64,000 nt of DNA, from the IMG/VR virus record IMGVR_UViG_3300001594_000003, positions 84,992 through 148,991 of that record; one strand, given 5' to 3'. The notes beneath the pieces are model-generated. The model was given only the letters and a program-made list of their open reading frames with translations, had not been told where the DNA came from and did not search any database. This DNA comes from a virus. Lineage: Duplodnaviria; Caudoviricetes. A program made the translations under genes and the position numbers. Shown here one piece after another: positions 19,643 to 29,319 of the stretch; within the stretch, counting starts at the first letter, position 1, and every line of letters starts with the position of its first letter.

Positions 19643-20236
19643 TTATACTTTGGGTTTGTGATTGTCAGGCGCCCAGATGGCAAAGTTCTTCATGTGCGAT
19701 TCGATTTCCTCAAAAGTGAAGAAACGATGCTCGGCGTGGTTGTCGATACCTACGTCTAACCGCTTACCTCTAACTGGCATTGATCCGTGACAATGTCCGT
19801 GAAGATGCCACGACCCGTAGTGACTGCGATTCCAGACTTCAAACGGATAATGACTCATCACAATTTCTTGGCCGTTAACTTTGACTTTGCGATAGTCTCC
19901 TACAAAAAGGACCCGAGACAGGTTTGCTTTCTGAACCTTCGCCCAGAGTCTCGGGTCATCGTGATTACCTAGAATGAACACCTTGTTACCGTTCAAGCAT
20001 TCGATTAGCTGGAGCAGCGTTTCAATGCCGCTCTGAGGCAAGAAGGCAAAATCACCCAGACTGAATGTTGTATCGCCCGGTTTGACCGTGGTGTTCCACT
20101 TGTCGATCAGACGTTCTGTGTTTTCGTCGTTCGTCCATGGGCGCTTGTTGAAAGTGCAAACGCTTTTGTGGAAGAAGTGCAGGTCCGACGTGTAATACGT
20201 TTCTTGCATCCTTAATTCCTTAAGCGGAAAAAGCAT
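19643..20236 (-). CDS. calcineurin-like metallophosphoesterase
   Basis: SDLH, LGD, GNHD, SHYP and HGHCH motifs. Confidence 0.92.
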   Translation of the reverse strand: MLFPLKELRMQETYYTSDLHFFHKSVCTFNKRPWTNDENTERLIDKWNTTVKPGDTTFSLGDFAFLPQSGIETLLQLIECLNGNKVFILGNHDDPRLWAKVQKANLSRVLFVGDYRKVKVNGQEIVMSHYPFEVWNRSHYGSWHLHGHCHGSMPVRGKRLDVGIDNHAEHRFFTFEEIESHMKNFAIWAPDNHKPKV

Positions 20237-20801
20237 AACCTTCTAGGTCTTCGTAGAATGCGCGATTGATTTCTTCATCGTATTCTGCTTGGGCCTTACG
20301 TCGGTTACGCTTTGTACTTGCCATTGCTTGTTTGATTAGGCGAACGAATCGCTTCTTGTTTACACAAACAAGACCATATTGATCTGGGCACAAACACTGC
20401 AACTTCTCGGTGATCGCGTACAGGTCATACACATGGTCGCGCGTGGTCAGTCGAGTCATCGTGCTGACTTTCCAGCGAACAAGAGACTCCAAATGACCGC
20501 TATACTTGTTCGGAGATTTGCGATCTGGACGGCAGACAACAGGCGGCTTCGTATAGTACACGTAGTGGAAGGTGTTTTCCTTACCGTCACCTCGTTTGAT
20601 GATCTTCTTAACGAATCGAATGTGGTACGCGTCTGCGTTGCCTGTAAGTTCGCACTTACGGTCAAGTAGAACGATCCAGCTATCATAGCCGTTAGACTCG
20701 ACTGCGATAACATTGGCTTCGAAGGCTGGTTTCATTCCAGTGTCGATCACAACACGAGTACCAGCAGGGAAGTGACCGCGGTTGAATGTCTTCTCTTTCA
20801 T
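20220..20801 (-). CDS. hypothetical protein
   Basis: GAGGAG RBS. Confidence 0.65.
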   Translation of the reverse strand: MKEKTFNRGHFPAGTRVVIDTGMKPAFEANVIAVESNGYDSWIVLLDRKCELTGNADAYHIRFVKKIIKRGDGKENTFHYVYYTKPPVVCRPDRKSPNKYSGHLESLVRWKVSTMTRLTTRDHVYDLYAITEKLQCLCPDQYGLVCVNKKRFVRLIKQAMASTKRNRRKAQAEYDEEINRAFYEDLEGYAFSA

Positions 20802-20811
20802 TTGCTGCTCC

Positions 20812-21318
20812 TCAAACCAGCTCTGGGATCATGTGACGTGGTACGTATTTCCACAATTGGTCATACGGCACTTCGATGTGCATCTGCGGTACCGAGGTGA
20901 GTACACTCTTGTCCATGTCAACTTGCGACTCGAACTTCGGTACAACATAGGCTATACGCTTCTCACCGCGATCTTCAACAGAAGAAACAAACACAACGGT
21001 CATTGGAGGAAGCATCGCGTCCGCGCCGTACGGCTGAGGTGATATCAAATACGCAAAGCTGCCATCCGTCACGCCATCCAGAATATGCTTACGCAACTTT
21101 GGATGCTTGCGCATAGACAGGGCTGCTCTGATCTGACGGCGATTGTGCTTCCAGTGGTCCAATAGAAGCAACGCAAACAGAACGAGGAAGAACGCCATCA
21201 CTAGGAAGATCGCAATGTCCTTTGTGTTTAGAATCTCATAAAGAGAAAGCAGGCGATTACCCATATAGCCGGACGTGATGGCGTAGGCAAGAACTGCGGA
21301 TACGACTACGTTAAACAT
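20812..21318 (-). CDS. hypothetical membrane protein
   Basis: two N-terminal hydrophobic segments. Confidence 0.65.
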   Translation of the reverse strand: MFNVVVSAVLAYAITSGYMGNRLLSLYEILNTKDIAIFLVMAFFLVLFALLLLDHWKHNRRQIRAALSMRKHPKLRKHILDGVTDGSFAYLISPQPYGADAMLPPMTVVFVSSVEDRGEKRIAYVVPKFESQVDMDKSVLTSVPQMHIEVPYDQLWKYVPRHMIPELV

Positions 21319-21320
21319 GC

Positions 21321-21896
21321 TTAGAATTCCTTTTTATAGAGCCAGCTTGCACAGGACTTGGGTTCGTAGTTACCGTTACGCATACGAAGTATTCTGGTAA
21401 GCGTAGATTCGGGCAGCTTCCGATGATCAATATGACCGATTGTACCAACGCTGGGCCATTTGGTTTGCGGATTCACGACCAGCGGTTCAAACCATTGCTT
21501 AGTCGAGAACGACATACCACCACGGTTACCAAAACTCATCTGACTGGTCTCAGACTTCATGTTGTACAAAGAGTCAAACACAAACATCTGCCTGTCGCCG
21601 GGAGTCTTGTACTCATCCAGAAACTCTTGAATCGCCTCAGAGCGCTCAGGCATTAAACGCTCCTTCAGCAGGAACAGCGACAACTCTCGATTCAGATCGG
21701 GTTCCGAGTTGTATAAGATTGGCCTGAATGCCGGTTCCGGCTTCTTACGGAAAGTGGGAGTACATTGAGGAGTAGATAGAACCATCATTGTGTTTTCTTT
21801 GAAGGTTCTCGTCAACGCTCGATATAACTCATCCTCATTAGGGTAAACGGCAGTTTCCGTAACCATCCTCATCAGTTCGTCTATGTACTCATCCAT
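21321..21896 (-). CDS. hypothetical protein carrying an EF-Tu-like VGTIGHIDH motif
   Basis: motif visible near the C-terminus. Confidence 0.6.
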   Translation of the reverse strand: MDEYIDELMRMVTETAVYPNEDELYRALTRTFKENTMMVLSTPQCTPTFRKKPEPAFRPILYNSEPDLNRELSLFLLKERLMPERSEAIQEFLDEYKTPGDRQMFVFDSLYNMKSETSQMSFGNRGGMSFSTKQWFEPLVVNPQTKWPSVGTIGHIDHRKLPESTLTRILRMRNGNYEPKSCASWLYKKEF

Positions 21897-22515
21897 CTGG
21901 ATTCTCCATTCGAGTGAATCGATCCTCTACGACAGTCGTAGGTTCGTTCAGGATATCTTCCAATGTGTACGCCGGTCGTATTGTCCTACGATTCTCACGA
22001 AAGATGCGTGCGCTGACCGGCAGTGTTTGTTCTAGCAATTCCCTTCCGTTACTTGCTACCCAGAAGAAACACTCGAAATCCTGATCAGCGCAGATCATTA
22101 TTGTCTTTGGTTTGGCTGGACTCACTGGCACTACTGTAGACGGTACAGTGAACTGCCAGTTTTGCAATTGGGCAAGTAGCCACTCCTCTTGACGCTCACG
22201 CACAAGATAGTGCATGACGAAGTGCTCGGTAAACTCTTTTTGAGAGGCGTTGTTGAGCATACAACCTTTCATGAGTTTGACGCTGCCAAATATCTTGCGT
22301 CGTCGGCAGTTGATAAACCTCAACAACGCATCAGGCAGAACACCATCGCTGAGTGTCCAAGGCAATTGAACTGCTCTGAGGAAAGTTTTTAGTGATCCGT
22401 TTTCTTTCCAGTTGCGACGTGGTGGTATTGTAGCTTGTTGGACAAGGTGCATGTTTGTACGCTCCGTTGCATGTTCGTGTGTTGCCCTATATTTTCTTGG
22501 TTGTCGTATACTCAC
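21889..22515 (-). CDS. hypothetical protein
   Basis: packed ORF. Confidence 0.55.
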   Translation of the reverse strand: MSIRQPRKYRATHEHATERTNMHLVQQATIPPRRNWKENGSLKTFLRAVQLPWTLSDGVLPDALLRFINCRRRKIFGSVKLMKGCMLNNASQKEFTEHFVMHYLVRERQEEWLLAQLQNWQFTVPSTVVPVSPAKPKTIMICADQDFECFFWVASNGRELLEQTLPVSARIFRENRRTIRPAYTLEDILNEPTTVVEDRFTRMENPDG

Positions 22516-23056
22516 CAGTCCATGGTATTACTGCGGCTAGTTGAAGATCGTTTTTCGATGCCCCCATCGCTACGATCTTTCGCTGCGTGTCAAAATCAAG
22601 TTCAGGTACCTCCACAGTAAGCGGTCGTTCAAGGCTGATCATATTGTATCGTGCTTCAACTGCATATACGAATGCCAGGTGATACCCGTACTTGATAATG
22701 GAGAATGCTTTCTGCTTACGTTTGCTTTTGCCTTCCTCTTTATAGTTGAGAACTGCTACTACGTCCGCATACGGCCTTCCATTACGCTTTCCTGCAGAAA
22801 CAAACACTCCAGGTACGGACTTGCTTTTCGCGTGTCTCGTTCTGGGTCTGCCGCTGCCATAATCTTTAGAAGTCAGACCTAATTCGCGCTCACGTTTATT
22901 ACGCCAGCGCTTCGCTTGCTGTAGTGCAATTTCTCTGCCGAGTTTCTTGGTGCTGAACCAAGCCTTGTCTTTAACGTCACCGTAAAAACGCACTTGAAAT
23001 CCTGGTCGAGCACCGGTACGTACTTCTGTTATACGGCGCATCGACATATCAGGCAT
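22487..23056 (-). CDS. AP2-like domain DNA-binding protein (two domains)
   Basis: FS.KKLGRE.AL..A..WR and KAFSI.KYG...AF..AV..R. Confidence 0.7.
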   Translation of the reverse strand: MPDMSMRRITEVRTGARPGFQVRFYGDVKDKAWFSTKKLGREIALQQAKRWRNKRERELGLTSKDYGSGRPRTRHAKSKSVPGVFVSAGKRNGRPYADVVAVLNYKEEGKSKRKQKAFSIIKYGYHLAFVYAVEARYNMISLERPLTVEVPELDFDTQRKIVAMGASKNDLQLAAVIPWTGEYTTTKKI

Positions 23057-23504
23057 AAGTTTCCTGCAAATCTACTTCGTTATTGCCATCCCTTCTTTTC
23101 TGCGCATCCCATGCTTCGCTAAGAGCTTGTTTGCTCGGAAAACCGCTATGAAAGAACTTCACAAACTCATCCAGATCGATAACGGCTGGATTGTTTTTCA
23201 ACTTCATGTGAAACAGAGCGTGAACGTACAACGCAACGGCACCAGGTGTGGATTCTGCGAGAGTGCCAAGAATCAACAGGATAACCCGATCGTCAACGTT
23301 GAGTGCAAGTACGTCCAGTCGCTTGCGGATGACCTTGTAAAGAAACTCATCGGATACATCAGCGATGGCCTGCTTGATCGAGTCTTCGGGCAGCAAGTAC
23401 AAACCCATGAGCATCTGAGTCTGCTCGTTGGTCATTGGGGTCTGCGCATATTCATACAGAGGTTTCATTTCAGTTCCTTTCCGTAAGTTCATCAAAAGCT
23501 GCAA
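23049..23504 (-). CDS. hypothetical protein
   Basis: packed ORF, start probably near 23468. Confidence 0.6.
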   Translation of the reverse strand: MQLLMNLRKGTEMKPLYEYAQTPMTNEQTQMLMGLYLLPEDSIKQAIADVSDEFLYKVIRKRLDVLALNVDDRVILLILGTLAESTPGAVALYVHALFHMKLKNNPAVIDLDEFVKFFHSGFPSKQALSEAWDAQKRRDGNNEVDLQETYA

Positions 23505-23880
23505 TTGCAGTCGGGATAGATTCGACGCGCAGCTTGTCTGTCACAACAGAGAAGCCTTCAGTTTCGGTTGGAAACAAACAGGCAGCTACGCGCAAAGCAT
23601 CCCCGTAAGTGCAGTAGACGTGCGCCACAGGACGAAGGCCAACACCGTCATCCAGCATGATCAACCATGAACCTGCATCGTCTAGCTGATATTCAAACTC
23701 CATTAACTCACTAACGAGAGCTTGGATGCGTTCCTCGTCCACTGCTTCCGAATCGAAGACTGACTCCAGTTGGGTTGCTATCAGAGAAGCAAGACGGAGA
23801 TAAGCTGGGATTCGAGTAGGCATGATTACCTCCTTAATTGTGCATGGTCCATACCAGATGATCGGAGTTATTGTTCTCAT
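23470..23880 (-). CDS. hypothetical protein
   Basis: AAGGAGG RBS before ATG near 23823. Confidence 0.55.
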   Translation of the reverse strand: MRTITPIIWYGPCTIKEVIMPTRIPAYLRLASLIATQLESVFDSEAVDEERIQALVSELMEFEYQLDDAGSWLIMLDDGVGLRPVAHVYCTYGDALRVAACLFPTETEGFSVVTDKLRVESIPTAIAAFDELTERN

Positions 23881-24649
23881 GGTTCATAACCGCCCACCGA
23901 CAGATGCGCGAGTACAGCTTCTGCGCCTGCTTCGTGTCACGATTGGTAGAACCGCCAGGGCGATCGCTGGCCTTGAGAACCTCAAACAGAGAGAAGATGG
24001 ACGCAACTTCTGGAATCGACTTCAAATCCGTTTCATTGCGCTTCTCGTTCAGCATCTGCACAGTGCCGAGAATCTTTCCGAGCGAACCATACAGGCTTTC
24101 GAGATCGGTCATGTCCTGCAATCTAGGTTGAAACAGGGTGTCTTCCTGTTCTGCAATCTGTTCCGCCATCAGCGCGAATCGAAGCGCCTGTATTGCAGAC
24201 TTGCCGTTGAATTCCTTGTTGCGCTTCGGATACAAGTTGGCAGCAGCAAGATCAAGGAAGACGCGCCATACTGCACCGGCATTGTAATGAGCAAGGATCA
24301 GTTCATCCAGCTTTTGCAGTGATCCATCGTGAGCGTATACCAAAGGACTACGGAAGGCTTCGATGGTGCTGGCATCGCTACGCACGATGTTACCGATGAC
24401 CTTGCGCATTTCCATTGCCTGTACGTCTACGCAGATATCGTTGATGGTAAACGACTCACGGAATGTATCGAGACCATCCAGTAGATCACGCTTCCATGGA
24501 AGCTGCACATAGAACGCCTTGATATCGTAGTCGCTTTGGTCGTTTGCATATCCCCAAGCACGACTGCCGATTTCTGCAACATAGTTGAAGCGTACACCGT
24601 GTACTTCCTCAAGGTTGCGCATCTGCTGTTTAAGTTGTTCGATGTTCAT
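23834..24649 (-). CDS. Pol-beta-superfamily nucleotidyltransferase (COG3541-like)
   Basis: GSRAWGY...SDYD signature. Confidence 0.85.
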   Translation of the reverse strand: MNIEQLKQQMRNLEEVHGVRFNYVAEIGSRAWGYANDQSDYDIKAFYVQLPWKRDLLDGLDTFRESFTINDICVDVQAMEMRKVIGNIVRSDASTIEAFRSPLVYAHDGSLQKLDELILAHYNAGAVWRVFLDLAAANLYPKRNKEFNGKSAIQALRFALMAEQIAEQEDTLFQPRLQDMTDLESLYGSLGKILGTVQMLNEKRNETDLKSIPEVASIFSLFEVLKASDRPGGSTNRDTKQAQKLYSRICRWAVMNHENNNSDHLVWTMHN

Positions 24650-24685
24650 TCTTTTCCTTAGCGCTATTCAGTCGTGTATGGAGAA

Positions 24686-24736
24686 TAAAAAGAACGGCAG
24701 GTCAAAAAGGAGCTTGGGAGCGGCTGACCTGCCGTT
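24686..24736 (-). terminator. 12-bp stem-loop with U-tail and a 20-nt C/U-rich loop
   Basis: AACGGCAGGTCA/TGACCTGCCGTT inverted repeat followed by CTTTTT on the minus strand. Confidence 0.6.
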
Positions 24737-24770
24737 GGGGAAAGCTGTTCTGCTTTACAGTTACCGAACG

Positions 24771-25004
24771 TCATATTTGAATGACTTCCGGTTCAATGCC
24801 GAAGTGTTCTCGGACGTACTCCTCTCCCATGCCTCGTGACACTTCCATACGTAGTGTCTGCGGGTGTCCTTCGTACGGCCAGACACCAAGCGGCAGAGAG
24901 GTTTCTATACGAATCTGATCTGTACCTGAACCTGTGAGTACAGTGATCTTCGTGATCTTGAATGGAGGCGCCATGTCCAGTGACGCCTTGTTGCGCTTTG
25001 CCAT
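24771..25004 (-). CDS. hypothetical protein
   Basis: packed ORF. Confidence 0.6.
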   Translation of the reverse strand: MAKRNKASLDMAPPFKITKITVLTGSGTDQIRIETSLPLGVWPYEGHPQTLRMEVSRGMGEEYVREHFGIEPEVIQI

Positions 25005-25007
25005 TAG

Positions 25008-25388
25008 TTAATCCATTTTATTGATGTAGTGAGTCACCTTTTTGATCTTACCGAGATTGACGATCTTGGAGTCTTTCCGTTTCGTCGCTACGGCGAACAT
25101 GCTGCCGTACATGGCAGTTTCGGTGCTTGAAAACTTGAAGCCTGCCTCCTTTACAACGTCAGCGAACGTGTATTCTCCGTGCATCTTGGCTACAGCCAGC
25201 TTCATCAGATCAGACACGACTTGCTGATTGCCGGACTCCTTCAAGATAGCGTCGGTGTCCTCGTATTCATGCAGGTATTTCTGAAAGCGGGCTGCGAGTT
25301 GGTTGGTGAACGGCCTCGCAGCAATACCAGCTTCCTTGCTGAGTTTGGTTACTACTTCGTCTTCGACGACCATCACAAGAATTGCCAT
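25008..25388 (-). CDS. hypothetical protein
   Basis: AAGGA RBS. Confidence 0.65.
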   Translation of the reverse strand: MAILVMVVEDEVVTKLSKEAGIAARPFTNQLAARFQKYLHEYEDTDAILKESGNQQVVSDLMKLAVAKMHGEYTFADVVKEAGFKFSSTETAMYGSMFAVATKRKDSKIVNLGKIKKVTHYINKMD

Positions 25389-25441
25389 GGTTTATTTTCC
25401 TTTATGTTTGGGTTTAGGTACTGTGCTTTACCGTATCGAGG

Positions 25442-26185
25442 TTACTCACCTCCACGCTTTGGGCGATCTAGCTTGCGACCGATGAAATGGTTGCTCAGTG
25501 CAGGGTGGATTGGCATGTTGCGACGCAGGTGATCAATTGCTTGACCGACTGCCCAGCGAAACGCCATGTCTGCATTGAAGTCTGCTGCGGGCACACCAAC
25601 AAACTCGTTGATGATGTATCCATTAGCTTCCAGCTTATCTGCGAGTTGGTTCTTGTCGAATACGACGCCGATGTTGTCATTGACGATGGAGAAGTCGTGC
25701 ATCCACTGAGCGAGCTGGGGTTTGTCTTTAACCACTTCGTCAAACTTAGCCAGCAGTGCATCAGCTTCTGCTTGATCTTCCTTGTCCTTGATGGCGCGAC
25801 GGCGCTGGTGTTCTGCGTAAGCAGGAGACGCTTCGTACTCCTCACGTGCCTTGTCCATTGTTGTTTTCCACAAAGACTCCATGTCATCAGGATTCATATC
25901 AGGAAGGAGAATGAGTTCGACGCCGTTTGCTTTCAAACAGAAAGCCATTGTCAGGTCCTTAGTATCTTGCAGATGTTTGAGTATCTTAACCATCTGCTGC
26001 ATCGACACAGGAATGTTTGAACCTGCATGGAGCTCAACATACGCCTCAGAAGAATCAGCCAGCACGGACACTACGAAGAACTCAATACTCATGTGCAGTT
26101 CTTCTGCGGAACGTACAACCAGGTTCACCAACTCCTTGCGATTTACGACTTTGCTCATGTTCTTCCCTCTAGTATTAGACAACAA
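25442..26185 (-). CDS. hypothetical protein
   Basis: long ORF, start probably near 26158. Confidence 0.65.
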   Translation of the reverse strand: MLSNTRGKNMSKVVNRKELVNLVVRSAEELHMSIEFFVVSVLADSSEAYVELHAGSNIPVSMQQMVKILKHLQDTKDLTMAFCLKANGVELILLPDMNPDDMESLWKTTMDKAREEYEASPAYAEHQRRRAIKDKEDQAEADALLAKFDEVVKDKPQLAQWMHDFSIVNDNIGVVFDKNQLADKLEANGYIINEFVGVPAADFNADMAFRWAVGQAIDHLRRNMPIHPALSNHFIGRKLDRPKRGGE

Positions 26186-26227
26186 ATAGGCGCAGAAGTT
26201 TGCGCCCCATTACGAGGCCCGATTGAG

Positions 26228-27052
26228 TTAATCCCAGCGATCAATCAGGAACAGCCCAATTCCATTCGTAGTAGTGACACGCAAACGAATCGGCACGCTG
26301 CGGGTCTTGGACATACCAACGCCACAGACGTGATCGTCTTCGATGTAATCGTCAGGTCGAGTCTGCTCGGAGTATGCCTCGATAGTGGAGCGAATCGAGT
26401 GAAGGTCACTGCGCAACATTTCAGGGAACAGGCACAGCGCGTTCAGTTGAATGTCTTTTGCACCATCCAATACAAACAGAACAATCTCTGGCATGTGCGG
26501 GAACGCTTCCTCATCGTCACGCTTCCACGGACTCAGAGTAACACCGAGAACATCCACGTACTCATCGGATTTGAGTCCCCACATAGAAGCATGGGAGCCG
26601 CCAGTGTACGCGTACTGAGAGACAGGGTTGCGATCTTCTTCATTGTCCCACTGCAGGATCGGCTTGGCATCCTCGTGCGTTGCAGTCAGCATACCGTAGA
26701 ATGGTTGGGAGCCACTGCCAACGTAGTGCTGGATGCGCACGGCGTTCGGCAAAATAGTACGACGGAACTTCTCCCACGTCATAGGTGTAGTACCTGACGT
26801 TTCAACCAATTTGTTTGGAATACCTTTGTCTTTGGTACGCAGCTTGCCAAAGACACCCTCTGAAACTTTAATCTCTGGGCGCCAGATCATCTTGACTTCG
26901 TTGACGCCTGCAGGACGACGTGCGAGTGCCGACTCCAAACCGAGTTCAGCGATCAGCTTTTCAGCTTTACGCACGTTACCAGAAGAAGGTGCGGCAGCAA
27001 ACGTTTCGACAGAACGTACTTCGATACTACCAGTCGTTGCTTTAGTTGTCAT
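26228..27052 (-). CDS. hypothetical phage protein
   Basis: GAGG RBS; WEKFRRT.LP, PILQWD and LFPE.L motifs. Confidence 0.7.
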   Translation of the reverse strand: MTTKATTGSIEVRSVETFAAAPSSGNVRKAEKLIAELGLESALARRPAGVNEVKMIWRPEIKVSEGVFGKLRTKDKGIPNKLVETSGTTPMTWEKFRRTILPNAVRIQHYVGSGSQPFYGMLTATHEDAKPILQWDNEEDRNPVSQYAYTGGSHASMWGLKSDEYVDVLGVTLSPWKRDDEEAFPHMPEIVLFVLDGAKDIQLNALCLFPEMLRSDLHSIRSTIEAYSEQTRPDDYIEDDHVCGVGMSKTRSVPIRLRVTTTNGIGLFLIDRWD

Positions 27053-27066
27053 GTTGACCTCTACTG

Positions 27067-27393
27067 TTAGTCACGTAATACGGAAGTTGAATGGTGCAGA
27101 AATCGAATTGCGCGATCTTCGCCATAAACTTTGGCAAGATACTCTCGATCATACGAGTCGGTCGGTGCAGAGTCGATCTGCTGAGCGTGTCCTGCAACCG
27201 CGGTGATGGTGACGTTGTCCTGAACGAATCCAGAGTTGCTCAGTCGGGCGGCAGTCGTAAACAGGTGCGACAACACATTGGCTTGTGCCTGAGCTTGTTC
27301 TGGACTGATGGCTTCTATCACTAGGTTAATCGGTACCGAGTACAAGCGCGGCATGCTCATACTTCTTCCTCGACTTGATTGCTGGCGAACCAC
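27067..27393 (-). CDS. hypothetical protein
   Basis: packed ORF. Confidence 0.55.
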   Translation of the reverse strand: MVRQQSSRGRSMSMPRLYSVPINLVIEAISPEQAQAQANVLSHLFTTAARLSNSGFVQDNVTITAVAGHAQQIDSAPTDSYDREYLAKVYGEDRAIRFLHHSTSVLRD

Positions 27394-27641
27394 TGTTCGA
27401 GCTTGGGATTCTCCACAAACAAACGCTTCCGATCAGAATCACGAATCTGACTGAGCGTTTGCAGCAACTCAGTCGGTGCACGCTTCTGCTCACTGGCAGT
27501 CGCTTTGTCCGCCAGAATCTTCTTTGGATAATCAGGCACTTTGCGGCCGAGGCGAGTTTTGGTCCAGATCAGAAGGTTAGCCGCTTGTTTGGTGTTGCTC
27601 ATTGTAGCTCCTATTCGTAGTATTCTTGGCACGACACACAA
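27357..27641 (-). CDS. hypothetical protein
   Basis: AGGAG RBS before ATG near 27602. Confidence 0.55.
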   Translation of the reverse strand: MCVVPRILRIGATMSNTKQAANLLIWTKTRLGRKVPDYPKKILADKATASEQKRAPTELLQTLSQIRDSDRKRLFVENPKLEQWFASNQVEEEV

Positions 27642-27838
27642 CGGGTCGCACTTGGCATTGCTTTACGTCGAGCTTTCGGTATACGCCGTCCGCAGTCTTC
27701 GCAGAACTCACATCCGTTACCGACAAGTTCAAGCCTAACTAGCTCGACTCGTTCATCCACAGTGGCTTGTATCTGTTCCTGAAAATCGTCTTGTGCGCCC
27801 CAGCCTTTCACTTCATCCCCATGAACGATTCTTGGCAC
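27611..27838 (-). CDS. TraR/DksA C4-type zinc-finger protein
   Basis: CEDCG..IP.ARR.A.P....CVSCQ. Confidence 0.9.
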   Translation of the reverse strand: MPRIVHGDEVKGWGAQDDFQEQIQATVDERVELVRLELVGNGCEFCEDCGRRIPKARRKAMPSATRCVSCQEYYE

Positions 27839-28275
27839 ATGGCGTATTCCAACACAACATGCTCGCAGTCAAATCCGCTGCCGTCTGGAAACACACTGCC
27901 GATCGCAAGTCCGCACTCAGTTTTGAGAATGAAGCGGCCGTCACGAAGGTGTTTCGGTACGGGCTTTGCTGCGGATATCCAAGTCAGATGACTAATGGGA
28001 CCCACTGGCTCTGCTGAAATTTGCAGATTCACTGTTGAGTGTGACAATTCGTCTTTCGACGTAAGTTGACCACTGTACAGGTCACGCACTAAGTCTTCAG
28101 GTTTTTGAATGACGGGGCAGCCAGCCTCCTCTAGTGCGTTGTCGATGGCAGTTTCCAGTTTAGCTTTGGTCCTTACGTAGGACTGCCCGTTCATGTGATC
28201 AACCAGAATCTGATTAATCACGTCCAACTGTTGGCGAGTCAGTTTTTGACCGCGATGAATTAGGCTGAATGTCAT
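27808..28275 (-). CDS. hypothetical protein
   Basis: packed ORF. Confidence 0.6.
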   Translation of the reverse strand: MTFSLIHRGQKLTRQQLDVINQILVDHMNGQSYVRTKAKLETAIDNALEEAGCPVIQKPEDLVRDLYSGQLTSKDELSHSTVNLQISAEPVGPISHLTWISAAKPVPKHLRDGRFILKTECGLAIGSVFPDGSGFDCEHVVLEYAMCQESFMGMK

Positions 28276-28337
28276 AGTAGTTACTCGTTATCTTCGGTTG
28301 AATCCAGATGCCCACTCAAACAGAATGGGCATGAAGA

Positions 28338-28574
28338 TTACCCCAAATGCAAAGGAACGTTGATACCCATCGCTTCAAGCAACGCACGCGGATCGTGTTG
28401 GTCCCAACCACGACCAGTGCGAATCTCAGCAGACTCGACGCGATCTACGTTCACCATGAAGTTTGCAAACGCTTCACGGTACTCTGCCTCTGTCTCACCT
28501 TCGTTAGGTTGACGAAACTCGCGCTGCTTGGCACGAAACTTGAGTGAGTCCATATCTGGGAATGACATTGGCAT
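28338..28574 (-). CDS. hypothetical protein
   Basis: packed ORF. Confidence 0.6.
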   Translation of the reverse strand: MPMSFPDMDSLKFRAKQREFRQPNEGETEAEYREAFANFMVNVDRVESAEIRTGRGWDQHDPRALLEAMGINVPLHLG

Positions 28575-28580
28575 TTTGCG

Positions 28581-29072
28581 TTAACCTACGATTGCTTGGT
28601 AGTCGAAGTCAGGATACTTGGCCTTCATTTCACGAAGGGTAGTGCTGAGTTCATTGATTCGAGTGGTGAGAGCCTTCGGAACCTTGACATCCGGATAATC
28701 ACCTTGAATGTCGAGAATGGCATTCCGTTGTTGTTCTGCTTTATTGAGTTCCGCATACAGCGAATCGAGTTGGCTTTCGCTCATAACGTTGTCGATTATC
28801 TCCAACGATTCTACGATACGCGATGTAGGAATCTCAACGCCTGCGTCACGCAGAAGGGCTGATAGGGAGTCCTTATCTTCTCGCGCCGCATTTATGCTAT
28901 CGTGCAGAACTCGCACAGATTGTCCGAACTGGCTGTTGGCTAACCAGTCCTTGACAGCCTTCATAATCACTTGAAGGTCGTCATGGTCGAGTGGGAGCTT
29001 ATGTGCCAAAAACGACTCCAGAGAGTTCAGTTGTGACTTTTTCCGCTTGCCGGGATGAGTTTTAGTTACCAT
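28581..29072 (-). CDS. hypothetical helical protein
   Basis: AGGAGG RBS. Confidence 0.65.
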   Translation of the reverse strand: MVTKTHPGKRKKSQLNSLESFLAHKLPLDHDDLQVIMKAVKDWLANSQFGQSVRVLHDSINAAREDKDSLSALLRDAGVEIPTSRIVESLEIIDNVMSESQLDSLYAELNKAEQQRNAILDIQGDYPDVKVPKALTTRINELSTTLREMKAKYPDFDYQAIVG

Positions 29073-29082
29073 TGTGTACCTC

Positions 29083-29319
29083 CTAGTAAAAGTTGACGAC
29101 GCGAACGCTGCCGTTTAGTAGGCAGTCATCTGGTTTGTGCGTGCACCGTGCGTGCGAATAGCACTTTTTCATAAACTCTTTTACAGCTTTTTGCTTAGCT
29201 TCCGGCTCCTTTAGGTCAATCAGTCCTTCAATCGCGCGAACATCTTCTGCCAAAGCGTTCTCGATTAGAAAAATTTCTGGACCAGAATGATTAGTCCAGA
29301 AGATAAGCAAGTAGTGCAT
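29083..29319 (-). CDS. hypothetical protein
   Basis: stop-start coupled ORF. Confidence 0.55.
   Translation of the reverse strand: MHYLLIFWTNHSGPEIFLIENALAEDVRAIEGLIDLKEPEAKQKAVKEFMKKCYSHARCTHKPDDCLLNGSVRVVNFY

Noticed and set aside
28308-28332. ATGCCCA/TGGGCAT hairpin as a terminator or ncRNA
   Set aside because: Short stem without a U-tract; at most an mRNA stability or processing element.
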